A stretch of 64,000 bases of DNA from Rhizodiscina lignyota (taxonomy: Eukaryota): contig ML978123.1 in NCBI GenBank assembly GCA_010015805.1, positions 2,170,001 through 2,234,000 on the forward strand, read 5' to 3'. Of the stretch, positions 50,208-63,191 are shown in pieces. The position numbers and the translations under genes were made by a program. How positions within the stretch are numbered: the stretch's first letter is position 1; every line of letters starts with the position of its first letter. The notes under the pieces were generated by a model. It had not been told where the DNA came from, did no database searches, and was given only the letters and a program-made list of their open reading frames with translations.

Positions 50208-52110
50208 ATGCCACCTTCATTTCCTTTTGCCTTGACCTGAGGTCAACTTGATCGGCGGTGCCGACTTTCACTTTCACTTTTCCTGCTTCCGATTGTTCAT
50301 ATCAGCCTCTGACGAGGTGAGCTGATGGCTTCATGAATGATGAACTGGCTCTGCTTTCTTTAAAATCACCAAAAAATGTACCTAACAAGCTTGTGCTAGG
50401 CCCTGGCAAAGCACAACACGTAGCTTAGTTTGGTGAGGACATACCAAAATACAAATTCAAACTCTCTTTGAAAAAAATGCGCCTGAAAACTTGACATGAA
50501 GCTAGAGAATGTGCATGCAGATTGCAATATGTAAAAAATGTGACCTCGACAATTGCGTGTGAATCTGTTCGAGTCGTTCCGTAATACAAGTCAGGTGTGC
50601 TCCACATTATCGTACCAGTTACGGCTTCCGATGGGATCTGCTTGTCTTCTTGACAAAATGCCATGGGTACCAAATCGAACTGGTTAGCATGAGCCGGTTT
50701 CGGATAATGCCCAGAATGGAACTATTAGCGACACTAAGCTCGAAATTTCCATCACGTATTCTCGTTTGGATGTTTATTAATTATTATAGCCGTTTCTCAG
50801 CTTTCTTACTTCAGTTCTTGTCACAGATCTCTCATGTCGTGTTTACATAACCCGCGTCAAAGCAAATGCTAATTTGTCACTGCGTTGAATGTCTCCGACA
50901 TGTGGCAGGCTAGTGAGAAAGCAGGCAAATACTCGAATGTGACGGAGGCATTTGCCAGTTCCAGAGCACGAAGGCAATTCCAGCCCGGGTCTAATAGCTT
51001 CTACGGGATATGCACGTAGCATTCCTTTAACGGCGACGGACAGATGTAAGCGGAAGGATGCCAAGTGCGATCTGAATGTCAGTACAGTACAATATGAAGT
51101 TCAAGCTGAAAGCACAGAATAGGGCAATGACCCCGAGCCAGCCAATAAGCGATCAGTACAAATAAGAGAACAGGCTATTTGTTTGCGCCGCTGACCAACC
51201 ATGAGGGACGCTGCGCTGCTAGCTGTCACGGAAGGACGTCATCCCTGCCATGCTGTATCAAAATGTATTCATAAGGCCTCCGGAATAAAAACTTTCAAAA
51301 GAAAGTGATAAATTCCATAAACCAGGGAATGCCTTCAGTAATTCAAGCCTTGTTATCGCGCGCATGGCCCATAAATTACTCCTAAGAGGATAGGAAAGCA
51401 CGATAATCGTAAATGAACCCGTTGGTTGGATTTTGAGTGGGTTGGCTTTGCAGTTCTCGCACGAAATATTAACAATCAGAAGTCTTTCTTAACATCCTAA
51501 ACCAATATCTCAGCTGGAGCGAGCAGTCGTAACATTTCACAGCGTGCTTATTCGCCTCCAATATCTCTTCCGGAATTCCCTGATGCAGTGGAAACACTGG
51601 AAACGGCCTTACAAACTCACTTTAAAGCCGTTCCCCGGTATGTATGAGTAACGCATGTTGTAGCTGATATTGCAGGGTGTAACTCCGTATCATCGCACGT
51701 AATTGGCATTTGGTACCGTAGTTTATACGTTCCTTTCGCTGGAGCTAGCAGGGGTTAAAAGCCACAGCTAGGATTCTAAAGTAAACTGTACACTCACTCA
51801 CAACAACAGATCTGTAGAGTTTTAAATCCATGAGCGCTAGGCCGGGGCCCCGGTCTAGCTTCAGGGAAAGAGCGCATTTTTCATGGTATTTGCTCGTAGT
51901 GGATTTCGCTCGTAAGCCCTTGTGTACATTTTCAGCAGTACAAGCGAACACCACGGAATGTTACAAATCCACCGCACGTATAATTTATAGTATGGTGTGA
52001 GTGCAAGAAAGCGTTCGTATTTAATTATCCCCCTTCTGTGCTTTAATATAAAAGGATCGCCATCCGGTCCTGAGTAATGTGAACATCACTGTCCATCACA
52101 GCTCTCGACC

Positions 52111-53459
52111 ATGGCTGACCAAAACCTCAGTTTGAAAGAGCTTTCACAAACGATAGCAGTCCAGACGGATATTTTGACCAACGCTCTTTCTCAGCATGGC
52201 GAGCCGAACCCATCTTTTAATGTTGCTGGGCCGTCCACATATCCGTTCATTCCAGAAGTTCAGGCTGCTCGTAGCATTCTCGTCGAGTGCGCTTCGAAGC
52301 TCCTCCAGCTCGCAAATGGCCCTGAAGACTTCATAGTAAAGAGTAGTCTGCAGCACCGCTATAACTTTGTTGTCATGGCTGCTCTAGTGCGGTACAAGAT
52401 CCTCGAAACTGTTCCCTTGGACGGCTCAATCTCATATGCGGATCTCGCTGCAAAAGTTGGCCTGCCCGAAAATCGCATCTTCCGATTCCTCCGATACGCG
52501 CGAGCGCTGCACCTCTTTTATGAGCCAAAGCCAGGCTTTGTTGCGCATACCTCCTTCTCCGCTGCTGCGGTGAAGAAGAGGACACTGCAGGCATTCATGA
52601 CGTTTGGCCACGAGCAGACATCCAATGTGAACAGAAAGATCTTCGAGGTTCTGGAGAAGTACGGTGATAGCCAGTCGATCGAGGAAACGGCGATATTTGC
52701 AGCATACGATATCGAGAGAGGCCAGACTTTCTGGGACTTTTGCGAGACGGACGGGGAAGGCGACAAGAAAGGCTGGAGGATGAGGATGGCCGCAGACTGC
52801 TTGGAGGCGGGCTCGTCGGCGCCAACGTTCTCGGATAGCCATGTTCATGCTGTAATGGATTGGGACAGTCTCGGTGATGCGACAATTGTTGATGTACCAC
52901 TGTTCCAAGTCGTAAACAAGAAAGAGTCAATACTTACACTGCACAGGTCGGAGGCAATTCAGGCCATACATCTATCGCGCTTGCAAAGGGCCATCTGCAG
53001 CTTAAAATCATCGTTCAAGATCTGCCGGGACCGCGAGAGGCCTTCGAAAAACTTATTACGGATGAGCTGAGATCTCGTGTGACTTTCCAAGCACACAGCT
53101 TCTTCGAACCTCAGCCTGTCCGCGAGGCAGACGTATACTTCTTACGCGTGATCCTCCACGACTGGCCAGACAAGTCGGCCATAGACATCGTGCGGCAGCT
53201 CGTGGAGGTCATGAAACCAACAAGCAGAATCACTCTGATGGAAAGCATCGTGCCTGAATCCGACGAGAATATGCCGTCGACCGTCATGCATCTCATAAGC
53301 GCGCTTGATATCGAGATGATGACGAACTTCAACTCGAAAGAAAGGACCATGCAGCAATGGTGTGACTTGATGAAAGCTGCGGATAAGAGACTGGTGCTCA
53401 AGAGCGTCGGACAGTCTCCTGGAAGTGCGCTCACGGGCTTAGTATTTGGCTTCGAGTGA
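52111..53459 (+). CDS. SAM-dependent O-methyltransferase (fungal COMT-like, Methyltransf_2); exons 52111-52893, 52947-53459
   Basis: Winged-helix dimerisation region (VPLDGSISYADLAAKVGL...VAHT); intron 52894-52946 restores IVDVGGNSGH; IVQDLP, FQAHSFFEPQP, YFLRVILHDWPD, SKERT. Confidence 0.92.
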
Positions 53460-53830
53460 TATAATGAGTTAAGGATGGATATAAGCCGTGGAGAGGCATG
53501 CGAGGAGTTCAGTTTGGGAAAGTCCCCTTTTCGTCGAGTGGCGAGATGAGCTGGTTCGGGTGGCTAGGTACCTAGCCTACCTAGGCTTAGGTTCGATCTA
53601 CCTAGAACTGGGGCCCTCCCTCTGTCGCTCAAACAACATCATCGTCGATACATCGACTCTCACATAGCTGCCAACCTGCGCCAAGAGCGACTGCTTGTGT
53701 CATCATCGATCACTTTCTGCTATCTCTGACCGTAATCGGAGATCGGTCTCTTCGACCTCAATGTTTATTCGAGCTTGCCCCTCATTTTGTGGAGTTCCCT
53801 AGTCTCCTTAGCCTTAGCGACTTGGGAAGC

Positions 53831-53838
53831 CATAAATA
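53831..53838 (+). promoter_or_regulatory. Putative TATA-like element of THI4
   Basis: CATAAATA followed by a pyrimidine-rich tract, upstream of the THI4 5' UTR splice signals. Confidence 0.35.
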
Positions 53839-54021
53839 CCCTCACCTCCCCTCCCACGTCTTTCTAAATCATCCAAGACTTGACATCGACGTCAGCTACT
53901 CAATTTTGCTACCAATCGACCCCAAAATATCTCCACAAACTTTCGCGTAGTTCCTACTCTCCCATCTGAACTCGACAACATGCTAACCGAGGCAGGCAAA
54001 TCATTTGGTACGCGTCGCACA

Positions 54022-54090
54022 ATGACGACGACGATGGAAGTTGTGACCCTCAATGGGTTATCCAGCAAGATTCAGTTCAATCCAACATGA
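54022..54090 (+). promoter_or_regulatory. uORF (22 codons) between the two alternative 5' splice sites of the THI4 5' UTR intron
   Basis: ATG ACG ACG ACG ATG GAA...CCA ACA TGA; lies between donors GTACGC (54008) and GTAAAT (54101). Confidence 0.7.
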
Positions 54091-54122
54091 CTATCATCAG
54101 GTAAATTATCTGAAGAAAGAAC

Positions 54123-54284
54123 CATGAGCCGGTGTTCGGGCGTCTCGCATGCCACCCATAACGCATTCACCCATCTTCCCATGTGGAATTGATGGAGATG
54201 CGGAATGGGTGGGCACTCGTGCAGCGCCCGTTCTGAGATTATACGGCATAACTTGATCTGGATAATACCAGCGAAAGGATCATG
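54123..54284 (+). ncRNA. TPP (THI-box) riboswitch in the THI4 5' UTR intron
   Basis: P1 CATGA(54123-27)/TCATG(54280-84); P2 GCCG/CGGC; P3 CGGGCG(54137-42)/CGCCCG(54225-30); J3/2 CTGAGA (54233-38); TTGAT-CTGG-ATAATA-CCAG-CGAAAGG 3' core typical of fungal TPP aptamers; directly upstream of a thiamine gene. Confidence 0.96.
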
Positions 54285-54342
54285 CTCCATTGCTTGCGTT
54301 TCTTTTACCTTTGCGTGCATTCTAACTAGGTGCAGATTGTGA

Positions 54343-55445
<1,103 letters not shown>

Positions 55446-56352
55446 ATGGGCTCTTTCCCTTCCCTTTTCAAGGTCAAGTCAGATATGATATCATGAAGGG
55501 ACTTTATTAGTGAGACCATGAGACGATCATTCTTTTGATTACAGCAAATGTAGCTACCTCAGAAAGAATCGACCACACTCGCTCAGCGTATCACGTACTG
55601 TGCCTCGTGTGTCTTTTCCATGCGTAGATCGGTCTGCTCGTGAGATCGCGTGACTTCAATCATGCCGCGCCTAATGCGCATCGAAGATATGCTCAGCGTG
55701 GGAAATCAGAGGCTAGTCCCCCCACAGATCTCCACACCCACCACATGTGACGGTTGCACCCGACCCGTGGACGCCTCCCCAGGCACACCGAGCATGTGCA
55801 TGTTCATGTCTTACAGAAGACGTGCATCACAGCCGCGCGAAGCCGCCCCAGCGCCGGCGCCGATGGCTGTGCGAAGGAGGAGTATCATCGCTCGTTCACA
55901 AGCGCAAACGGAGACCGCGTGCCCTGACGTGCCCTGCATGCCTCTGCCTAGGCAATCCCTGAAAACCAAGTCGTCTGACCCTTTGCCGTGATTGGCCGCC
56001 GCCATTTATCTTGACGCTTGAGCACCTCACCTCCACTGCACACCAACAACAACATCCACTGCCACTTGCTCGGCGACGGCCTTATGAACACCCACACAAT
56101 TGAACGCATTGCCTAGCAGGCCATCTTCTCGCCGAGCCTGCTTCGACTTTGCGCCGATGACGCCTTAGCACGAGCTCCTCGCGACCAAAAAGCTCTTCCG
56201 CCCCGCAATTTCGCCCGCACGCAGCGAGGCGATCCCGAGTCACAACTGCCAACCACCCTCTCTCTGAACACTTTTCCCGCCGCTCTCGTCACTCGTTGAA
56301 CAGCGCCATCGTACACACTCAGCGACAAGAGCAGCATTTAAAGCTGCAAGCC

Positions 56353-58561
56353 ATGAACGGCGGTTACGCGCCTCCTCCATTCGCTCCCCCTCCTCCACCT
56401 CCTTCGAACGGCCACCGTCCTGCGCTTGGGCATCGTCTATCGAACGACTTCACTGCCACGAATGCAATGCCGCAATCGGGCAACAACAACGGTCCGATAC
56501 CCGTGTCTGTGCCGTCTCAAATGCGAGGAGGGATGGCTGGACCGCCTGGCATGAACACCAGAGGTCAAGGCGTGGGAGGATATGCTGGATCAACGGCAAG
56601 GAGCCCGCCGAGCGCGAAGAGTAAGATACACCCGCAGCGACTGGGCTGCCAAATTCGCCTGCTCAGGAGAAGAAAGATAAGCTGATAAATCGGCGTAGAT
56701 ACATCTCATGTACCGTGCAAGTTCTTCCGAAAGGGCGAATGCCAGGCTGGGCACTCCTGTCCGTTCTCGCATTCTCTGGAGCCGGCTCTGCAGCCTTGCA
56801 AATATTTCCAGAAGGTTAGTTGCGTGACACCGTCTGCTGGGTCTTAGAATCATACTGATAGGAGACCAGGGCAACTGCAAGTTTGGAATGAAGTGCGCGA
56901 ACGACCACATCCTAGCCGACGGGCGTAGAGCAAACAGACCTGGGTTTGGCCTTCCGCCAAACGCACCTCTTCACCCACGATGGCAGCAGGGCGCCGAACC
57001 TCCACATCCAACTTCACTTCTTACAATGGAACAGCAGTATATGAACAATCAACCTCAATCACAAGCAGGCATGCAACAGATGCCCGATGATTCGTACCGA
57101 TCCGCCCCTCAACCAATGAACATTCCTACTATCGACACGACCTTCACCTCTCACCCTCGTTCGAATTACGGCTCTCCCCCTAACGAGACAAGCAACAGAC
57201 TCGGAATGTCACCTGTGCAACGCGGTTTGAGCGTTCTTGATGCACCATTACCGGCAAGCTTTGACAGCCAGGGCGTTTCGAATGGTTGGCGCTACGGTCC
57301 TATCGCTACTTCCTTCCCAAGCCGCTTCCCCCCTTATGATTCGTCCTCTCCACCGTCTTCGCTCCCCCGGAACCAGGTGCCTGAATCCTCAATGCTTCGG
57401 AAGCTACACAATACCGCCTATGCAGATGAAGCACGACTGGTTGCCAATTCGCAGAACGGCTTTCTTGGGTCTTCGCCACCGGCCCCTGCGGAAGATAACA
57501 TCGGCAGACGGATAATGCATTCGGAGCGCTTCTCCTCTGCGCGACCAAAACTAGGAGTTGGTAACACTGGAACAATATCTTCCAGCCTTCCTGGTAGACC
57601 TATCGATGTTCCGAGGCGCAGACATGGAGAAGATGAGTGGGACGAGAACTTCCAGTTCGAGGATCAGTTTGTGCCGAAGGCGCTGCATGATGATATTTTG
57701 ACGCCGGAAGAGCAAGAGAAGAGTGCTAGGCGGTTATCTTCGGGACGTCTCGGTGGAGATTTGGAATTTGGTGATGGAGGCAGCTTGAGTCACCGACACA
57801 GCTTGAGCGCTTTGGCTGCAGCTGGAAGTCATGGAAGCCCCGCGGACTCGACCAGCAACAGCCTTGTCGGCAGTCCTAACACGAACAGCAGGTTCGGAGC
57901 TCTCTTCTCTCGCTCACGAATTGAGAACGCGCACGACGGACTACCAGGCGCAAGTGCGTTCGGTCACGTGGGATCTCCCCTCCGCAACTCGAGCCTCCAG
58001 ATTCCAGGTCCAATTTCTGCTACACCAGGCGAGCAGAAGCGGCCCCGCCCAACCAGCATTGGCAGCAGCCTCAGTGTAGAAAGCTACGGCCGCAGCCCGC
58101 CTGGCCAGACCGGCGTTGGTATGATCAGCCAACAGCTCCAGCGTACGCGCCTCTCTTCCCGCAATTCCGATTCTGCCAGTGATAGTTCTGCAGCTCAACG
58201 CCCAAGTATTACGTCGAACCCCTCTAACTCATCGAATCCGCTTGTGTCGTCGAACCTTCGGTCTGCGGCTGGACAACCGGAACGCGTGCCGAGTGGTGGT
58301 GTGGGAACTGGCAGGGACAGGATTGAGGAAGAGTTTGAAGGTGAAGAGCAGGAGGGCCTGTTCGATATGGAGGAGCTAGGGCCTGCAAGTATTAGGAGAG
58401 ACTTCGAAGAGAGGGAGAGCCAGAATGAAGGAAGGAAGGAGAGAAAGAGTGGTCTGAAGAGGCTCAGTGGTGGTGCCGGATGGGGCCTTGGATTTGGCAA
58501 CAGGAGTTCTGCAAAGGTCGGGATGGGTGAATTGGGTGAGAATGGGTTGGGCAGGGTGTAA
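56353..58561 (+). CDS. Tandem CCCH zinc-finger protein (LEE1/scp3-like); exons 56353-56620, 56699-56814, 56870-58561
   Basis: Splicing yields NTSHVPCKFFRKGECQAGHSCPFSH and PCKYFQKGNCKFGMKCANDH; downstream SVLDAPLPASFDSQG and AFGHVGSPLRNSSL motifs. Confidence 0.88.
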
Positions 58562-59180
58562 GAAGAGTAGCTGACGAGACTGATGATAATGAGTGCTTTC
58601 CTTTCGGCACCGGTGTTGGGCAACGATGGGAGGGATACGGATGGGCAGGGGGATCTTTACACAGCGGAAATCATACAAAAGCATGGAACGACAACCCAAA
58701 ATTACATTCACGAACAAGCGATGAGCGAATTGCAAAAGATCACTGCTGCACTTTCAAGCGATCATGAGCGGCATATTCGGCATTTCAGCGATGGCATTCG
58801 AGGGGGAAACTTTTTGCTGTGGAATCTGGATGGGTGGGTATATGGTCATGGGTGAAATTGTACATTACCGGTAAATCCATATGATATGGGATAAAAACTT
58901 TTCATACTGTATTAAATCCTTCTCCTTTGGTGTATCTTCTTAGATGAGAGCCTGACTTTGTTCTCTGTCACATTAAGCACGGCTGTGATCGCCTGGTGAG
59001 CTCTCTTTCCCAACTTCTGATGCCCGAGCAGGGCATCTACTGACAAGCTTAGCCGACCATGGGTTTGCGTTGGGCTCGTAAGATGTCGGCGGATTGCTAT
59101 ATATATTTAGTGGATTCCTCAAGCTAACGGGCCAGTACTTGTCAAAGCCTCCAATCGACATTTGAGCCGGCGAAATAACC

Positions 59181-59586
59181 ATGCCCACATTCAAGCCACC
59201 ACAAGAGAAGAGCCTGCTAGAGTTGCTATTTGAGCTACCGCCTGAAATGCGTATAGAAGTCTTCCAACAAGCGCTCCGAGCACTACAAGCTGCATTTCGC
59301 TCAGAAGAATCCCATGACTTAAAAACGGGAGAAGAGTAAAGAGTGCCGCGATACCCTCCTTTCGACGGAGCACTCTCAGAGAGAGGTGCTGCATGCGCTG
59401 AAGTTTTTTGTCAAACATCTTGATGAATCAAAGCTCAAGGATCCTCTGCCCACTCCGACTTGGAGGATTCTGGGGTCTGCGTCCGCCATGGAGATATTAA
59501 GTATCGTGGTACTGATCCGTCGAATGAACGACGAGATTGAAAATCTGGAAAAGCAGCTTGGAGCTAGAGAAGGAGGCGACGAGTGA
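59181..59586 (+). pseudogene. F-box-like ORF with an apparent +1 frameshift (or assembly error)
   Basis: ACCATG start; MPTFKPPQEKSLLELLFELPPEMRIEVFQQAL; stop 59337-39, but removing one A from A5 (59321-25) reads into KREKSKECRDTLL...VLHALKFFVKHL...EIENLEKQLGAREGGDE*. Confidence 0.45.
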
Positions 59587-59896
59587 AGAGTCACAGTAGC
59601 CAATACATCGTAATATATCACACTTCTTCGTCGAGTCCACCCTGGCACTGTAAAGTCCTGTTACGCTTAGACTTTGGTCATTTGTATGTGAAGCGGACTG
59701 ATGCACCAATGCCTGGATTCTCGAATGTGAACGTGCGGTTTGCATAGAGTTTTGCAACTTCGCCATACCGTACGAGTTCGTAGCGCCGGAGTCAAGAAAT
59801 ACAAGAGCAGTCTGCGAACCAAGAATTCTCATGTATTCATTGTAGAATCGAGATACATGTCAGGAGGCTCGGAAAAGAAGGAACTGGAGAATCGCC

Positions 59897-61664
59897 TCAC
59901 GATGAGATGCAATCCCAGCTTGCCGCCTGATTTGTATGGCCTTTTCCATTCCACTTGCTCCGTTTGGGATATACGCAGTGCTCTGTCACCACTGTCAGCA
60001 GAAAAAATGCACCGCTGGCAGGTTGCTTACTTCTCTGTGCCTGTATTGACGCCGTTACATCGTCATTCGCATATTTCGTGCCAATCAGCTCGTGTGGTGC
60101 CCGGCCATGTTCGACCCATTCCATGAGGGCTGAAAGTGCATTATGAGCTTCATCGAGAGTATACGGATTCAAAGGGTATGTCTGCCCAATGTTCCAAGCA
60201 CCTAGACCTCCCGAACAATGATGCATCCCGGGAATAAAGAAGAGGCGATAGAAATCATGGATTTCGTCCAACGACAGGTCCATCGTGCTGCGAATGCGGC
60301 TGAAATACCACTCTGAAAGTTGGGAAGTTACGGTCTCATCATTCCTTCCATGGTAAGCTATGATCTTCCCGCCGTGTTCTTTGAACCCCGTCATATCTGT
60401 TTCGCCGGTATTGACACGTCCAGGGTTGATCTTTAACGCAAAGTCCGCGTCGGCTATTGTGAAGTCGAGGTCTGACCAGGTGGAGTCATTGTAAATTGCG
60501 CCACGCCAATAATCTTGCAGGATCGTGTAAGTTAGTTGAGGGGTGCCGTTGACCTGATTTGCTGAGAATACGCCCGTGTTTGATCCAAGTTCGAAGCTTG
60601 GGTATACAATATTGCCTGATTCATCTGCAATCGGCTCGTATGCCGCGCGGACAGACTCGACCTGCTCTGCATTCAAACAGAATGAGTCGTTCAGCACACC
60701 TGTGCCGCAACTTAGGATTTGAGGGTCGAATCGAAGTTCGGTTGGCTGGTCTATGATCCCATCAGTCACGCCATCTAATGGATCGAATAATTCAATCTGC
60801 TTCGCCGCGATTGCCTGGAACTGGGCATCTGTTACGTATCTGGTGGAGTTGATATATGGCCAACCTATTCGGCGCGCAAGGAGACCTTTAGAGGAGACAA
60901 TGTGGAGCCAGTCAATGCCAGGAGAGCCAAGGAGGAGACCATTGAAATCGTCCGGGTAATTTACTGCTGTGCTGAAGCCTTGTCGTCCACCAGTGCTGCA
61001 TCCAACATAGTAGTTGTATTCCGGAGGCTTCCCGTAATATTGCTTCACCAGCTCCTTTCCAACAACGGCTTCTGTATGCATCGACCGGTACCCGAAGTCG
61101 ATGAGGACTGTAGAGGTTAGCGTACTCTGTAACCGTCGATTAGAATCACCTTTTAAAGGATACTTTACCCTCGGGCTTGTCGAGGAAGAAATCGAACCCA
61201 ACGGATCCGTTATGACCGGCATTCATGCCAAAAGTTGCAAATCGAAGCTGAGCGCCATTCTGCATTGTCGCGTAATCGACGCAACCACCTTCGCCACCAT
61301 TGCCTGTTGCCATAAAACGACCATTCCAGTTATCAGGCAACCACGCTTCGATATGTACACTGCTGCTTGCACTAGTTGCGGTATCCACAACGAAGCGGCA
61401 CAGATCGGCCGTGATTGTGGCATTCAAGTCTGGGCCTCCACATGATTCTACAGTGCCAGGTAGAGAAATCACTGAGCCGACACTGTGGTGTGCAACTGAG
61501 ACTACTGTAGTATGTGGAATGGAAAGCTTTTGAGAGATTGCGGAGCAAGTTTGTGAACTGTAACCAGAAGCTGGTCGTAGGCATACAGCAGCACCAAGCA
61601 GGAAACATAGCGTGGAGTTAGAACAGAAGACATAAGAGAAAGGATTTGGTGTGGTTGACCTCAT
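59897..61664 (-). CDS. Secreted tannase/feruloyl esterase, 3 exons
   Basis: EAWLPDNWNGRFMATGNGG, YYVGCSTGGRQG (nucleophile), CG...C lid Cys, GGKIIAYHGRNDETV, FYRLFFIPGMHHCSGG (His), ALMEWVEHGRAP, HCVYP; introns near 61168-61108 and 60030-59983. Start could also be 61673. Confidence 0.95.
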
Positions 61665-62723
61665 GGCGAACATGAAGACAGGCAATTTGATTAGCACTTG
61701 CTTTCACCAGTGAAGGGTGGGTGGGCGATGTGCATGGCCATACGCTCCTTTTGTAGGCGAACATCCATCGCGGACTTCTCGTCATTGAGCGGGGGAAGAA
61801 AGCTTCAAACGGAATCAATGCTTCCACAACGCGGGGATTGATCACGACTAAAGGACTGAAGAATTGAGGGATGGAGAAAGGCGGGTGGGTAAATGCTTCC
61901 TTGAGTAAAGTTGCGGAGACTGTGACCGTGGAGATCGACATTCGGGATGTCGGTTTCGGCTTCCGTGTCCGCATAAAGACCTTATTGCACCATAAGACAG
62001 GCAATTAGAACATTAGAAGCGGAGAGAGGATGTAAGACCGATCCGTCATGATTTTGAGCTCAGCAAAAAGAGCTGGCGAGGTGCCGAAAGCCCAAAGCAC
62101 CGAGTTCTTCTGAAGTGAAGCCGAAGATTCAATTGACGGCGTCTCGTCATGAATCTCCAGTGTTACAGACGCAATGCATTACGGAAGAGCTACATAGATA
62201 CCTAGTCTCCAGCGAGCGAACAGTCTGCAGAGTCACTATTGTACAGCTCCGTTCCGTACTTCCAGAAAGTTTCCGCGTATTAATGAGTTTACATTCGAGC
62301 TGATTAGGGAGTAGCTTACCAGGCTTGCCTTTAGAAGATTTACTTCTTATTCTCTTAGAAGAGAGACTACGTTGCGGATCTCATACGCTCACAGGAAACT
62401 AGCTCCTTCGTATGTCCTCACTTTGTCTTCCCTTCCTCAAGCTCGCAGACTTCTCTGCAGCAGACTCGACAGTCCATCCCCTCCTCAAGCGTCCGTCACA
62501 GGTGCTTGTCGAGTCGCTCAGCTTTCGAGCATTCAACCTTGCCTTGCTCTTGATCCAACTTCTCAATTAGCTTAGGTAGCACGTCCAGTGCTTCGTCGCC
62601 CAGAAGCATCTTCTCTCGATTCTTCACAGATAAAGTGCAATTTCACACTTGAATCGGTAAATGGGAACAGGTTTATGTATCCCTCCTTCGTGCTCCTTAT
62701 AATGCGAATGAATTTGTAATGTT

Positions 62724-63191
62724 CTATGAGTTGCGCCCTTTGCTGGCCTTTTCCCAAATCTCCCGCTCAGTACGTTTCTCGTACCGCTCTACTGGTGCGT
62801 GCTTCTTGGGGCTACCCTTCTGACTGATAGTCGTCTTCTCCACGCCCTTCTCCACGTCTATCTCCTCTCTCCACTTGCTAGCTTCTGGGTTCGCTGGGCT
62901 GACTTCCAACGGATTAACGATGTTGCCCTTTCCGGCAGTCGCCATCTGCGATTCAGGCTTTGTATCCCCCGGATGGTATGAAGCAATTTTCTGCTCTGCG
63001 ACGACGTGATCACCACCCGTCTTTGAGTATTCGTCCTTCACCACATTAATTGTGTCCTTCTCCTCGTAAACTTTCGTGTCGGCGGGGTTTTGGTGGGATG
63101 ACGAGAATGAGCGACGTGAAACGGTGGCAATGTGACGTGAGGGATATGGTCGAGAAATTGAAGCAGCAAGGAATCTCCTTGAAGATGCCAT
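62724..63191 (-). CDS. Small conserved fungal protein with a mitochondrial-presequence-like N-terminus
   Basis: Arg/Ser-rich, acid-free N-terminus MASSRRFLAASISRPY...RRSFSSS; EYSKTGGD and NPLEVSPAN motifs resembling a family of fungal hydrophilic proteins. Confidence 0.7.
   Translation of the reverse strand: MASSRRFLAASISRPYPSRHIATVSRRSFSSSHQNPADTKVYEEKDTINVVKDEYSKTGGDHVVAEQKIASYHPGDTKPESQMATAGKGNIVNPLEVSPANPEASKWREEIDVEKGVEKTTISQKGSPKKHAPVERYEKRTEREIWEKASKGRNS

Noticed and set aside
53588..53600. GGTTCGATC resembling a tRNA T-loop/B-box
   Set aside because: No cloverleaf, acceptor stem or A-box around it.
62320..62609. Minus-strand E/K/L-rich frame with several stops (MLLGDEALDVLPKLIEKLDQEQ...), a possible decayed coiled-coil gene
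   Set aside because: Needs several stops and a frameshift, and no homology is recognisable.
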